64,000 bases of DNA from Eledone cirrhosa (taxonomy: Eukaryota). The notes below the pieces were generated by a model. The model was not told the DNA's origin. It made no database searches and saw nothing but the letters and a program-made list of their open reading frames with translations. Shown here piece by piece: positions 1 through 12,041 of this stretch. Each line of letters opens with the position of its first letter. Within the stretch, counting starts at the first letter, position 1. The position numbers were made by a program, and so were the translations under genes. Location: NCBI GenBank assembly GCA_964016885.1, contig OZ024741.1:36642001-36706000 (forward strand), in the 5' to 3' direction.

Positions 1-285
1 GTCATCCTCCATGTGCATTACATGTCTATACCATTGCAGTTTCCACTCCTGCACACTTCATCCAATCCCTCTTATGCTCAGTTTCTCTCTCAGTTAATTT
101 ACACTTTACCGCTCATGTACACATTCATCAAAGTATGCAAGCTTTGTTTCTTTCCAATCTTTGTAGGTCTTCTGCATAATGCTCAAGTCTCCCTTTCATG
201 CAGCATTGCAATTCGTACACAAGCATCATACAATCTGTCTAAAATCTGCCTTTAATATTGAGGGAAATACCCTTTGAAGTTAGCA
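1..285 (-). mobile_element. Degenerate RTE-clade LINE fragment (C-terminal part of RT ORF)
   Basis: Reverse strand reads as decayed LYDACVRIAMLH...LQRLERNK...WYRHVMHMEDD, matching the C-terminus of ORF 17249..18172; stops and frameshifts present. Confidence 0.8.
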
Positions 286-333
286 AGCGTGGAACATGGA
301 CGTTAAACGATGATGATGATGATGATATATATG

Positions 334-510
334 AAAAGATTTAGGACGCTGATGGCTGAGCGCTGCCCATTTCGACAGCTAGATCCGAGTTCAGATCTAG
401 CTGTCAAAATGGCCGGAGCTCAGCCGTCGGGATCCTGAATCTTTTGATATTACCTACTCTATTACCCCAAGTATCGAGTACTCTGGTGGGTTACGGTCTA
501 CCTGGTTTTT
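334..510. repeat. Fold-back element, ~56-bp imperfect inverted arms (334-445); relatives at 24587-24760 and 36603-36790
   Basis: AAAAGATTTAGGACGCTGATGGCTGAGC...GACAGCTAGATC is mirrored by GATCTAGCTGTC...GCTCAGCCGTCGGGATCCTGAATCTTTT; tail TATTACC.ACTCTATTA...ATCGAGTACTCTG is shared with 36700-36750. Confidence 0.7.
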
Positions 511-526
511 ACCACACCCTATCTGA

Positions 527-598
527 TAAGTGGGAAAATTCCCGTCCAAACCCATGCTAGCATGGAAGATGGACGTTAAACGATGATGATGATGATAT
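527..598 (+). mobile_element. RTE 3' end with (GAT)n tail
   Basis: AAACCCATGCTAGCATGGAAGATGGACGTTAAACGATGATGATG, the same terminus as the RTE at 16865-18720; many such tails occur in the window. Confidence 0.8.
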
Positions 599-773
599 TG
601 TAGTAAAAGATTGTTAGAAATATCCAAGGGTAAGAACACTCAGTCCATAGGACAAGTTAAGTAGAATTAGTTACAACTTCTAAAAACTTTTGTTGGGGTA
701 GCCAGCTCAAATGAGTTGGGGTGTATAACCCAATAAAACTTAAGTACCTGTATATGTCACTATTGTAACTAAT

Positions 774-955
774 TGTGTGTGTGTGTGTGTGTGGATGTGT
801 GGGTGTAGGTGTGTGGATGTGTGGGTGTGGATGGATGGTGAATGTGTGGGTGTGGGTGTGTGTGGATGTGGGTGTGGATGGATGGGTGTGGTTGTGGGGG
901 CGTGGGTGTGGGAGCGTGGGTGGGTGTGGGTGTGGGTCCGTGTGTGTGTGTGTGT
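774..955. repeat. (GT)n / (GTGG)n compound microsatellite
   Basis: Direct reading. Confidence 0.95.
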
Positions 956-2344
956 TGAATGAAAACATTACTATACAAATGAAATTACCCACTATACACA
1001 CCATATTATTTTGCTATTATTGTTGTTTTGTCCTTGGTGAGCATGGAATGTGTAGACATGTGATCAATTACTTTTTCAGTCATCACTACCATGATTTGTT
1101 TTCAGGAATAGTGTATCTAGAACTATATCATTCAATGTGCCATTTAAAATAATAAGGTATGATTTGATTTGCAGGGGATTTGGCTGCCATTTGTAGCATA
1201 GAAGCTACCTCATCGGCACAATTTTTTTCTTGTTGCTAATGCTGTTAATGTTGGCCATTACTGGTGGTTATTGATATAGGAGAGCTATATTTTGCAGCTG
1301 AGTTGCTTTAAGCAAGATAAGAGTATTTGTCTTCCGGTGAAAAGCTAACTAGTTATTAAACCTTTACAGACAATTTTGTATGTTTTTCTCTGTAAGAAGA
1401 GGATGATACAGAGTGTTTACACTTGTTCATTTTTATATATCAGTAAGATATGCTTTACTAAGAAGATCTGATAAGACCAAAAGTTTTGTCTGTTATTTTC
1501 ATCATTTGGCTTGTACGAAAAGACTAGATTTACTTTAATCTGCATTTTCTATATTCTTCAAAAATTCTGATTAACCGTTCTTATTGGAGTTATCTCTCTT
1601 GTCCACTGATTTTAGATTTTAAACACCCTTAATTTTTGTTCACTAATTGCTTCAATGATCACAATTAATTAAAATATTTCAATCCACTATATTCAGGACC
1701 AGCACTTGGATATTTAACACCCTAGGTTAGCCCTACAATGTGCACCTCATCTCCTGAATAAAATAATTTCAACTTACAGTTTGGCAAGTTGAAAAACCTA
1801 GTTTTTGACACTTCATGCTCTGATCATCATTGCTCTCACCGAACTATGAAAATTACTAAGCTTGTATTTCCTACTACACAGACCATGTTTACTCATGCCA
1901 AACAACTCCCCCCATTATTTTGAATATTTCCACAATGTTTCTATGCAGCAAAGATATTTGGTGATGATTTATTTATTAATTGTAATAAATTTTTAATAGA
2001 TCTAAGTTAATTATACAAATTTGTATAAAATTGTGTTTCTTTAAGGTTCAGTAATGTGCTTTGAATGTCAGGTTGGACTAGAGTAATGAGAAACGAAGGT
2101 TCTTGACACAACGTGCTGCCGGGAATCAAAATCACAACTATGCAATAGAACATCTGACTGATAAAATGACAAGTCAGTCAATGAGATTGGTGGCCTCCCC
2201 ACAGCTCCGGCAGTCTGTGGTTTGTATCCTAAATAGTTGCTTAGTTGACCTAATGGTAGCACTAACCCAACCTATATTGCATATGAGAAACCCTACCAAA
2301 TTTGTATGTATGTAATTTTGTCAGTTTTTTTCTTTCTTTCTCTC

Positions 2345-2378
2345 AGTACACACACATACACATACATACTGTGTGTGT

Positions 2379-2436
<58 letters not shown>

Positions 2437-2635
2437 TAGTGTGTGAGTGTGTGTGAACATGATTAGTTTTAGTATATAATATTATCTCATTTACATTGAC
2501 TGAACAGGTGTCTCAATACACACAAATACACACAGATACACACAAATACACACAGATACACACACGCACAGATATGCACACATACAGAAATGCACATGCG
2601 CACACACATATATATTCACACACCCACACACACTC
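2345..2635. repeat. (GT)n and (CA)n-derived microsatellites
   Basis: Direct reading. Confidence 0.9.
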
Positions 2636-3392
2636 ATCTTTGAAAAGATAATTTTTTTGCAAGTTGGATTGGGAATTAGCTACAGAGCCGAAAATATATT
2701 TATTTCTTTGTCTTTATATTTATTTATAATCTTTAGTGACATAGTAGAAATTAACCAATTGATATCTTAAAATCTATATTTTCTGAATGCCTTGATACGC
2801 TGGTTTGTAGAAGCCTAGCACTGTGAGTTACATGAAAAAATTCTAGGCTTCTACAAAACAATTCTGAGGGTCTGTGAGACAAGGTGTCTTTTAACCCTTT
2901 CATTATCATATTTTTAATGAAAGACACTGTCTATGTGTTTCATATAATTTTAAAAATAATTAAGAATTTAGAGGGATTTAGTAATATTACTAACTTTCTC
3001 ATTATTAGGTTGGTGTTTGGAACATAATTTAACAAAGGTTCTTACATAATATAATGATGGACTGCTTTTAGATAGTATCAACATTTTAGATAGTATCAGC
3101 ATTTTAAATAAATCGTATACAGATTCTGTGACAAAATAAGTTGAGAACCACTGTGTTTACTGAGATATAACTGACATTCCTCTCCCACCAAAATTGCTGA
3201 CCTTGTGCTTAAATTAGAAACCATTATTGTAATGTAATCAGTCATTAAGCTGCAGCTATGCTAAAGCACTATTTTCTTTTTTCCATTTTCCTCTCTGAAA
3301 AGGAAGGTGGGAGTAGGCAGGAAAGCACTACTCAGTAAATTTGCTAAAAGGTGACCATGAATGGTGAACATGGCCTGTACAAACAAGCTTAC

Positions 3393-3425
3393 CTCAAGAG
3401 GACCCAGGTTCTGTTGCACGACAAG
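3393..3425 (-). other. Candidate 33-nt micro-exon followed by a 98-nt GT-AG intron (3295-3392)
   Basis: Minus strand: ...gattttcag|CTTGTCGTGCAACAGAACCTGGGTCCTCTTGAG|gtaagc...tcccaccttccttttcag|AGAGGAAAATGG; no recognisable protein. Confidence 0.3.
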
Positions 3426-4524
3426 CTGAAAATCATAAGTTGTTGAAGTACTAGTCACTTTCTGATAGTTTTATCATCAAATCTATATAGGTGAAAACTT
3501 TCAGTTTCCTGGGTTGCCAAACCACCTCTCTACTTTCTGCTATCATAACGAAGTTCACCACCCACAAGAACAAGTACCACGAGTTGGACTGGCTCTTTCA
3601 TTGTATTTTCCATGCGATCTTTTGTGTTAAAACCTTTTCAATTCTGTTCACTAGAACCATGAGGCAATATCCACCTGAGTGTCAGAAAAAACAAACCGAT
3701 TGCATGACAACCTTCCATTGGTTGATTAATGTTGTTATCATTAGCCACTAATTACGTACATACGTATATACAAGCATGGATATATACGATATATATGATG
3801 GCTGCAACTCAATTTAGAGTAATGCCATTGCTTGATACTTAAGCATGAGCATCACGGATGTGGCTTTTTAGTCCTGCTAGGGACTTGCCTGTGCCCCAAA
3901 AAATGTCACATATCAAGCGATACCTGTGCTTGAAGTTTTTTTAAGTGAGGAAAGGCTTTGCACGGGGCCGATCCCACTCTCTGAACATCAAATGCCCAAA
4001 AAGAAGAATTAGTCTACATCAATGGATGCAAATGAAGTAGCATGTTTTATATCAGAGTGACTTTCTCCTCAAGATATGTTTTAATGAGGATTAGGAGCCT
4101 CTCGCTCAAAAACCAAAAAAACTTTATTGGATGGCTGTTGCATCTCCTGAGTTCCTCCACCCTTTAACTGGTTTTGTTTTTCATCCTGCAGGGTCCCCAA
4201 AATCACCTTCCTCACCAAGCAAGCTTGGTGGGGTTACCGGTTTAGTTGCCAACGACCCGACCATACACAGGCTATACTGGGTTACATGTTTCCAGTAGCA
4301 CTGAAGAGCAACCTGACATATATATACATAAATAAATAGAGGCATGTGTCTGTAGGTTGAGAAACAACAGCAGAGTGAAGGCACTTGCCCTTGTCCTCAC
4401 AATAATCTGGGATCTGTTAGGTGGCTGCTCTCCTTGTTGGGCAATTTTTTTACTGTTTCTTTAATTTTATCCTTGACTTTGTACTATACTCTTTGTCTTT
4501 CAGCTCTTGCAGTTAATAAAGAAA

Positions 4525-4845
4525 TAATTGTTTCTACTTTTGGCACAAGGCCAGCAATTATCCAGAGCATTACTGGTACTTTATTTTATCGACCCCGTAA
4601 GGATGAAAGGCAAAGTTAACCTCGGCGGGATTTGAACTCAGACTGTAAAGGGACGTAACTATGCTAAAAAGTATGGCGTCCAACCCTCTACCGATACCGA
4701 CAAGGCCAGCAGTTTTGGGGGAGGGGAAAGTCGATCAAATCGATCCCATTGAGTGTCTGGTACTTTATTTTATCAACCACGTAAAGATAAAAGGCAAAGC
4801 TAACTTCGGCAGGATTTGAACTCAGAACGTAAAGAGACGTAACAA
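4525..4845 (-). mobile_element. Two adjacent tRNA-derived SINE copies with Deu/Nin-like central domain
   Basis: Reverse complement of B box GAGTTCAAATCC followed by GCCTTTCATCCTTACGGGGTCGATAAAATAAAGTACCAG, twice. Confidence 0.8.
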
Positions 4846-5189
4846 TCCATTTATAATAATAACATTTATAATAGTGAAAACAGAGACATAAATAAACAAA
4901 ATATTGCAGAGTGACGAAACCAATCGTTCTACATGCTATCAATCAGTGACTGTGATTCACAGATTTGTTTGTAGGCTTGTGTCAAACAACTGCTATCACG
5001 TGTAGGACGGATCCAGGCGTCAACTGTGTTTACAGTGAAAATCGAACCGCCACCCCCCTTTGGCAGGGAAGGCTAGCAAATCTTCCTCAGCCTCATAGTT
5101 ATGAAGGAGGAAGCTGTGTGGTGGACACATCTCAAACCCTCATCAAATACTTCAATCATCGCTTGAGGAGGATGGAGAGAGGGAGTGTC

Positions 5190-5242
<53 letters not shown>

Positions 5243-5616
5243 ACGCTGTCTTCTAGTGTGTTGAACGAAAGATAGGTAAGAGCGGCTAGATTGGTAAGGT
5301 TGAATGGGCTTGCTCTGACTATGATTTTCTAAGCAGGAAGAAAGCAACCAGAAAATGACACTCAATGTCCTTGGTGTTGTATGTGGGGTTATTCCCTAGA
5401 ATTACTCTAGCGAGTAGTCCCGTCTTTCTATTGGGGAACTTTTCCTATTTGACTTTTATGTATATTTATTACAGTTTCTATTATTGTTATTCCTACTGTT
5501 TTCTCTTCGGCGATGTCCTCTTTCCGTTGCTTCACGTAAACCCTACTCTCTTGTTTTTGTCCTTGTATTGTCTCCAATGTCTTGGTCCTTGTGTTCAATA
5601 AAAGAAAGCATTATTA

Positions 5617-5945
5617 GTGGATTGGCAGAATCGTTGGAGTGTTTTTCGATATTTAGTTACGACTTTATACGTTCTGAGTTCAAATTTCGCCGAGGTTAGC
5701 TTTGCCTTTCATCCTTACGAGGTCTATAAAATAAAGTACCAGTTCCGCACTGAGATCGTTTTAATCGACTTCCTCCTCTTTCCAAGTTGTTTGACTTGTA
5801 CCTAAATCAGAAACCATTATTATTATTGCTTTTCATCTTTCCGAAGTCGATAAATAAATCAACAGTCAAGTAGTGGGGTCGATATAATCGACTTTCCCCT
5901 ACACCCTAAATTACTAACCTTGTGCCTAAATTAGAAACCATTATT
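5617..5945 (+). mobile_element. Deu/Nin-like SINE plus partial second copy
   Basis: TGGCAGAATCG (A box), GAGTTCAAATT (B box), GCCTTTCATCCTTACGAGGTC...AAAGTACCAG, tail AGAAACCATTATT. Confidence 0.75.
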
Positions 5946-6104
5946 TCTAGCTTCTTGTTGAAAAACGCATGTAACACACGCGGGAGGGGGAGAGTGGAAT
6001 ATTATACATTTATTTTCTCTCGAAAATGTAATTCACTATTAAAACATTTTGCGCACGATTCAGAACTGACTAACGTAAGAGAAAGCTTGTAGCTGTTTTC
6101 TACT

Positions 6105-6148
6105 CTACGCACATATATTTACATATAGATGTAGACACACATACACAC

Positions 6149-6198
<50 letters not shown>

Positions 6199-6640
6199 TC
6201 ATGCAAACGTACGTATTCACTCTTTCTCTCTTTTGGCCTCAAAGCAGCTGCTATAATATTGTGATGCAAACGTGAATAAATATATATGTTTGTGTGTGTT
6301 AGTGCACAAAAGCTATACGAACAGATTAAGAAACAACCATATTTATACATATACACACACACATGCATAAATATATTCAGACATGAGCGCACATGCACGC
6401 ATATATGTATGTAAGCGCGTGTGTATACATACTAAATGTGTGTACATATATATGTATATATATATGTGTGTACATATATATGTATATATATGTGTACATA
6501 TATATGTATATGTGTGTGTGCATAGGTATGTATATATGTATGTATGTGTGTACATATATATGTATATATATGTGTGTGCATATATGTGTATATGTGTGTG
6601 TACATATATATGTATATATATGTGTATATATATGTGTGAC
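6105..6640. repeat. (TA)n/(TG)n/(CA)n low-complexity tracts
   Basis: Direct reading; source of the spurious Y/I/C/V-rich ORFs. Confidence 0.9.
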
Positions 6641-6767
6641 TGGCTTTGTGCAGTGCCTTTGCTCACTATAAAAGCTTCATGGCACAGGCATTGCTTTATA
6701 TCTGGAGATCTCTCTGCACTTGTCGTCACATGGTACCATGGGCCCAACACTAAGTGTCAATAATTGT

Positions 6768-6911
6768 CACAAGTGTAGTGTTTGTACCAGAGTGTTCAAG
6801 TCGCTGGCTGGACTAAAAAGTCACACTGTTCAGCGCATCGGTAGGGGTTCTCCTACATGGATATAAAGTAGTGGCCGTACTCGAAAACGAGTTGGCAGCC
6901 ACCATACATAC
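6768..6911 (+). mobile_element. 3' end of a second RTE-type LINE lineage: C-terminal C2H2-like finger plus short 3' UTR
   Basis: Translates HKCSVCTRVFKSLAGLKSH (CxxC...GLxSH, typical of RTE/BovB ORF ends), followed by GTACTCGAAAACGAGTTGGCAGCCA and a CATA tail. Confidence 0.55.
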
Positions 6912-7492
6912 TAAATACGCACACGAAAATGAGAAAGAGAAGGGGGGAGGGTGAAAATCAGAGAGGTGGGAGGAAAGAGATTAGAGAGAGGGAGCTGCGG
7001 TAGTAGGAGGGGTGGAAAGGGAGATTAAGAGTGAGAAGGAAATTGCGAGCACGAGTGTTGTAGCAGTAGGATTTCTCCATTCATAGAAAATCTAGTGTCC
7101 TCTTCGCTTAAACCATTCGACTTCATGTTTTCCACAAGCTTACTACAGCTATGACTCTTAAGAAAGGTAAGCGATCCATTCCTAGAATATAAAGCAAACA
7201 ATAGGTTTGCAAACCCTATCTGTCTAGAATTACCACTAAAAAGCAAACAAGGTTTTCAATATCATTTCATGTTTTCTTTCTTTTTCTTCACTTATTTATT
7301 TTACTATTATGTTATATATATATATATATATATATTACATATACTTTCGTTGTGAATTAAAGAAATACCAATTCTGACGTTTTTACCTTTTGGAGAAAAT
7401 TCTTTGATATTGCTGTCGTTATAATAATTGTTATTCAATACTTATTTATTTATATATTTTCTCTTCTTTAATGATTTATCTTAGCGAGAACT

Positions 7493-7970
7493 AAGAGACC
7501 TCTAGCATCAGTCGTAATAGATAGGCAGGTTCTACCTTATATTTATTCGATTCCCAAATATGTATATAATAGAGAATAGCATGTATGTTTTTCTAGTATT
7601 TTTCGTTGGTTTACATAAAATAACTTCGAACACCTTCAAAACATGACGAGAAATCTAAGAGACCTCTAGCAGGTTTTACCTTATATATTCATTCAATTCC
7701 CTACTATATGTGTATATGTATAGAATAAGGTTTAACATGTGCGCTCATATGTATTTTTCGTTGGTTTACATAAAAATAATCTCGAACACCTTCAAAACAT
7801 GACAAAAAAATTAAGAGACGTTTTGCATTAATCGTTATAAGATAGACAGGTTCTACCTTATATATGTATTCGATTCATTAATATGTGTCTATATATAGAT
7901 TGGAGAATAGTGTGCACGTATGTATGTATAGTAATTTTCGTTACTTTACTTAAAATAACTACGAACACAA
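7493..7970. repeat. Tandem triplication of a ~160-bp unit
   Basis: AAGAGAC...CAGGTT.TACCTTATAT...TTTTCGTT...TAAAATAA...CGAACAC restarts at ~7493, ~7657 and ~7813. Confidence 0.85.
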
Positions 7971-8377
7971 CCAAAAACACAAATATGTTTACACCCGACA
8001 AAAAAGGTGGGGATGTTCTTGGATAATGTGGCCTTGGGTTCGTTGTATATAGAAAATGACGGGATGGTTACTGTTGCAAAACAATCTGCTACATCAGGGT
8101 TAACCCGAGAAGAAGATCCAACAACAAGTGTGATAATGTTTATTTATTTGTAGGTATTGAAGAAAGCATTTACAGCCATTTAATCTAGGACCTGCACTCA
8201 CACACTCACACACACATAAATATGTGTGTGTGTACATATATAAAAATGTATGTTTACATTTGAACATATATATATTACATATATGCATATGTAAATCTAT
8301 ATGTATATCAAGTTTTGTTTGCTTTCAAGAAACCACAGGTAAATGAAATAATTATCTTATGTTGTTTATTACATAAC

Positions 8378-8410
<33 letters not shown>

Positions 8411-8559
8411 ACATATTTTATATAAACATGTAGGTAGATGATATCTTAATCGTGGAAAAGGGTTTCTCTCTTAGAGTGAAGGGCAAGTTGTATGTTTGTA
8501 TATAAAATGCGTTACTATACGGAATTAAAATGTGGGCCTTGAATGCAGAGGGTCTTTTA

Positions 8560-8850
8560 AGACTAGAAAGAAATGAAACAAGCATGCTCTATTGAATATG
8601 TAATGCATAAATAATGGAGCAGAAGTGAGTTGAGAGAAAGGCTGGGTATAAGAACTATATGCAGTGTACAAGAGAGATACTGCACTAGTATGGCCGTGTG
8701 ATGCATTTGAAAGATAACAACTGTATAAAGAAATGCAGGATACTCTAATTAGATGGTACGAAGTGGTGAATACTGATCCCAGGATCGTGAGCCTCACAAA
8801 GGAATGCAATAATTGGCAAAGTGTAGTTGCTGGTGACTCGATATTCACGA
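8560..8850 (+). mobile_element. Old RTE fragment (ORF C-terminus)
   Basis: YGRVMHLKDNNCIKKCR at ~8688-8740 matches WYGHVMRMKDDCCIKKCR of the younger RTE. Confidence 0.65.
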
Positions 8851-9699
8851 TACATGTACATAAGATAACTTGATTGTAAATGTTGATATTACAAATTTTC
8901 ATTTAGAGAACCCATTTCAAACCCCATCCTCCTATATGTCCCCAAACATACGCTAGTACTATATCTCCAGCATAATAACAATATATGAAAATGAACCCAC
9001 AAACTATTTTTATTGATGCATTCAGCTGTAGAAATCATGCAAATACTGCAATGATTGTAAACAAGGCGTGAACTCCTTGTAGCTCCAAATAAGTACTGAC
9101 TTGAGTCTGTGATGATTCTTCCAGCTCATGGAAACAGATGTTAAATGAAGGGAAAAATAGGAAACGTACGTCCACACATTAACCTTTCATACAATAAAAA
9201 GTCATCACATACACTTATTGTACAAACAAACATTCTATAAAGCTTCTATTCACCAACATACTTTTGAGTTAAAACAAATATCATCATCATCGTTTAACTT
9301 CTATCTTCCACGCTAGCATGGGTTTAGACGGGAATTGTCCCACTTGAGGCAAGATTGGTCGGGTGACCGTGTCTCGCTCGTCTTTCATCACTTTGAAATC
9401 GATATAAAAAAATGTACCAGTTCAATACTGGGTTGATTTTTTTTTTCCCCTTTCTACTATTCTCTTTCTTCCTCTGGAAGTATCGGCTGTGTTCAGACCT
9501 GGAAAGGAGATGGGCTTTGCCAAGTTTAAAAGATGCTGTATGCATTATTTCTGCTTCTTCTCTTTGCCCACTTATTCTTAGGTTGAGTGGGGGCGTAGGA
9601 AAAGGTCCTCAGACATGTATTTTAGAAGCAACCGTCTCCAATTGATCCTGCTCGATCTTCAAGTGAAACCAACTGAGCTCAGGTATGTCATCCAACAGT

Positions 9700-10600
9700 C
9701 TTGCTCATTGTTTATTTCTTGGTCTCCTGCCAGCTGGCATTGCCTGTCAATTTTTCCCTTAGACGTACAACGTATTGGAGCTGTTATCTCTCAAGTTGTA
9801 GAAGTAGCGGCTCTACTTGGAGTGACTATTGAGTAATATTTTCTTAAAGACCCTTTGGTCATTTCCCAAGATTCATGACCATAGGTAAGGGTTAGTACAA
9901 ATACCAAATTGAAGATACCAAGTTTGGCTTTTACATCTACCTTTCTTCTGATGACTAATTGCTGAAGCTGGCACATTACTGCATCAACTCTTGCAATTCT
10001 TGCATTTAATTCAACCTCCTGTCTTCCATCATTTGTGAAAATGTCCCCAAGATACTTGAACTTTTCCACCTGCTTCTGAGAATCTCCATTCACATGTAGA
10101 GTGCACTGTGCAGGCTTCCTTGAGAGGATGAGTATCTCTGTCTTTGTAGCACTGATTTTCATTCCTGCCATGCAGCATTCGGCAGCAAACCTATCAAGTG
10201 CATATCAGAGATCAGCTTCCGATGAGTTAAGTAGTACCACGTCATCGGCAAATTCCAGCCAACTGATCCTACACCCACTGGTCTTTATACCACTTCTAAC
10301 CTGGCTGTGCATGTCAATCCTATTCAGGAAAATTATGAGCACAAGAGGTGACAGTATGCACTCTTTGCGGAGTCTAACCCACATCGAATGGTTTTGACTA
10401 AGCATCATTTATCCGAACACAAATACTAGGGCATTTCTAGAGACATCAGGGTAACAAGAAGCTGTCCATCAATTCCATACTCTTACAGAACTATCCACAA
10501 CGTGGTCATATGCCTTTCTGAGGTCTATGAAACACACACATCTTTTGGCAATACTCCCACAATTTCTCAAAGACATGCCATAGTGTGAATATTTGGTTGG
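9700..10600 (-). pseudogene. Degenerate RTE-clade reverse transcriptase (distinct older family)
   Basis: ORFs 10205..10408 (ILSPLVL, LEFADD) and 9791..10171 (KTEIL, VEKFKYLG, LTYGHESW); FIDLRKAYD upstream on the minus strand; many disruptions. Confidence 0.85.
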
Positions 10601-11304
10601 CTGTGGATTTTCTAAGGAGGGTAACTAAAATCATTAACTAAATCATCAAATTTTGGATGTTATTTGTTGTTTTTTTCTTTCTCCAAAATTCTTATGATCA
10701 GCCCCGTTCGTATTGCCTGAAGATTATTGGTTGTGCTGTTTTTAAGCCTGTATAGAACACATACTGTATGAAGACCTAGTAACTCTTCATTTGATATTGA
10801 GTTCTCTACATTTTGGGGTGGTCACCCATGTTAGTTTTTTTCCAGGATAGTACTATCTATACCCCCCACCCCCGCCCGCGGTACGTATTTCCTTGTGGTT
10901 GTTTAGATAATATGCATACCTTCTGATGAGAAACCAAACTTGGCCCTAAAATCGATTAACAGTATTTATCACTTGTTTTTTTTTTATTTACAGAGAAATG
11001 TGTATATTTGGCATGTTTACATGTTTATATACTAAATATGTGTAATCTTATATACACATTTATGCAGTCTCAGTTACCTCTATTCTGTATATACACAGAT
11101 TCAACTTGATCATTTACCTCGGCTGCTCAGCGCCTATATACATGTGTGTATATATATATTTATTTTGTCTCACGATCGAACTGGATGTTTCTTGAAATAA
11201 TTATCTAGTTTCTTGAAACTATTGTTGTTTATTATGTAATTAAATAGCTCTGTATAATACATAGAGAACTCTTCTTTTCTTTTACCTTTTCTACGGAAAT
11301 ACAG

Positions 11305-11341
<37 letters not shown>

Positions 11342-11757
11342 CATACACTCACACACATATGTATGTGCCACATGTATACGCAGCTCCATCTCACCTGAAC
11401 TGTGACGGACGTACGTACCAACTATGTACATATGAACAGTTTTGAGATCATCGTTCTCAGTGATTCAGTGATGCTATAGTGCGTGGGCGGGTGGTGGTGG
11501 GGTATCTAAGAGAGATTCTAATTACACAGCTCTGTTATTATAATGACCTAGTTTATAATCCACGTGCTTTCTCTTAGTCATTAAATATATATAATCTATA
11601 CGTATATATATATATATATATATATATGTAGAAGTTCTATTTAAATTGTTGGGATACAACAAGCAAATATTTTTATAACTGATATAAAGCACTCAACAAA
11701 TTATTGGAGTAAAAATACGATATATTAACAAATGGAAACTGTTTATAAAACCATATT

Positions 11758-11822
11758 TATTTCATTATACATATTTCAAGGACACCAAGTTAAATTATGG
11801 TGTGCTTTCATCAGATAAAATA
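11758..11822 (-). ncRNA. Minimal type I hammerhead ribozyme motif (minus copy)
   Basis: Exact reverse complement of 11904-11968. Confidence 0.75.
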
Positions 11823-11903
11823 TAATATAGAGCAGTTTTATAAATAAATATTGACATAACCTTAAAGAATGTCAATATTTATTTATAAAACTGCTCTATA
11901 TTA

Positions 11904-11968
11904 TATTTTATCTGATGAAAGCACACCATAATTTAACTTGGTGTCCTTGAAATATGTATAATGAAATA
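11904..11968 (+). ncRNA. Minimal type I hammerhead ribozyme motif
   Basis: TATTTTAT-CTGATGA-AAGCACACCA/taatttaact/TGGTGTCCTT-GAAA-TATGTA-TA^ATGAAATA: full CUGANGA and GAAA core, 8-bp stem I (one G-U), 9/10-bp stem II, short near-palindromic stem III, AUA cleavage triplet. Confidence 0.75.
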
Positions 11969-12010
11969 AATATGGTTTTATAAATATAGTTTCCATTTGT
12001 TAATATATCG

Positions 12011-12041
<31 letters not shown>

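Larger units (their letters stand above)
11716..12012. repeat. Near-perfect palindrome: ~142-bp arms, 11-nt spacer (11858-11868)
   Basis: 11716-11857 is the reverse complement of 11869-12012 apart from one small indel/substitution. Confidence 0.95.

Noticed and set aside
657-1152. H/T/P- and C/V/G-rich ORFs (similar ones at 6105-6763, 45275-45699, 46570-47377)
   Set aside because: Translations of microsatellites.
1455-1490. Hammerhead-like relic CTAAGAAGATCTGATAAGACCAAAAG
   Set aside because: Both core boxes are mutated; not distinguishable from chance.
3860-4320. GC-richer block resembling a LINE 5' UTR or exon
   Set aside because: No sustained ORF or recognisable motif; cannot be classified.
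5259-5610. Possible solo LTR (TG...AATAAA...CA)
   Set aside because: No second copy, TSD, PBS or PPT found.
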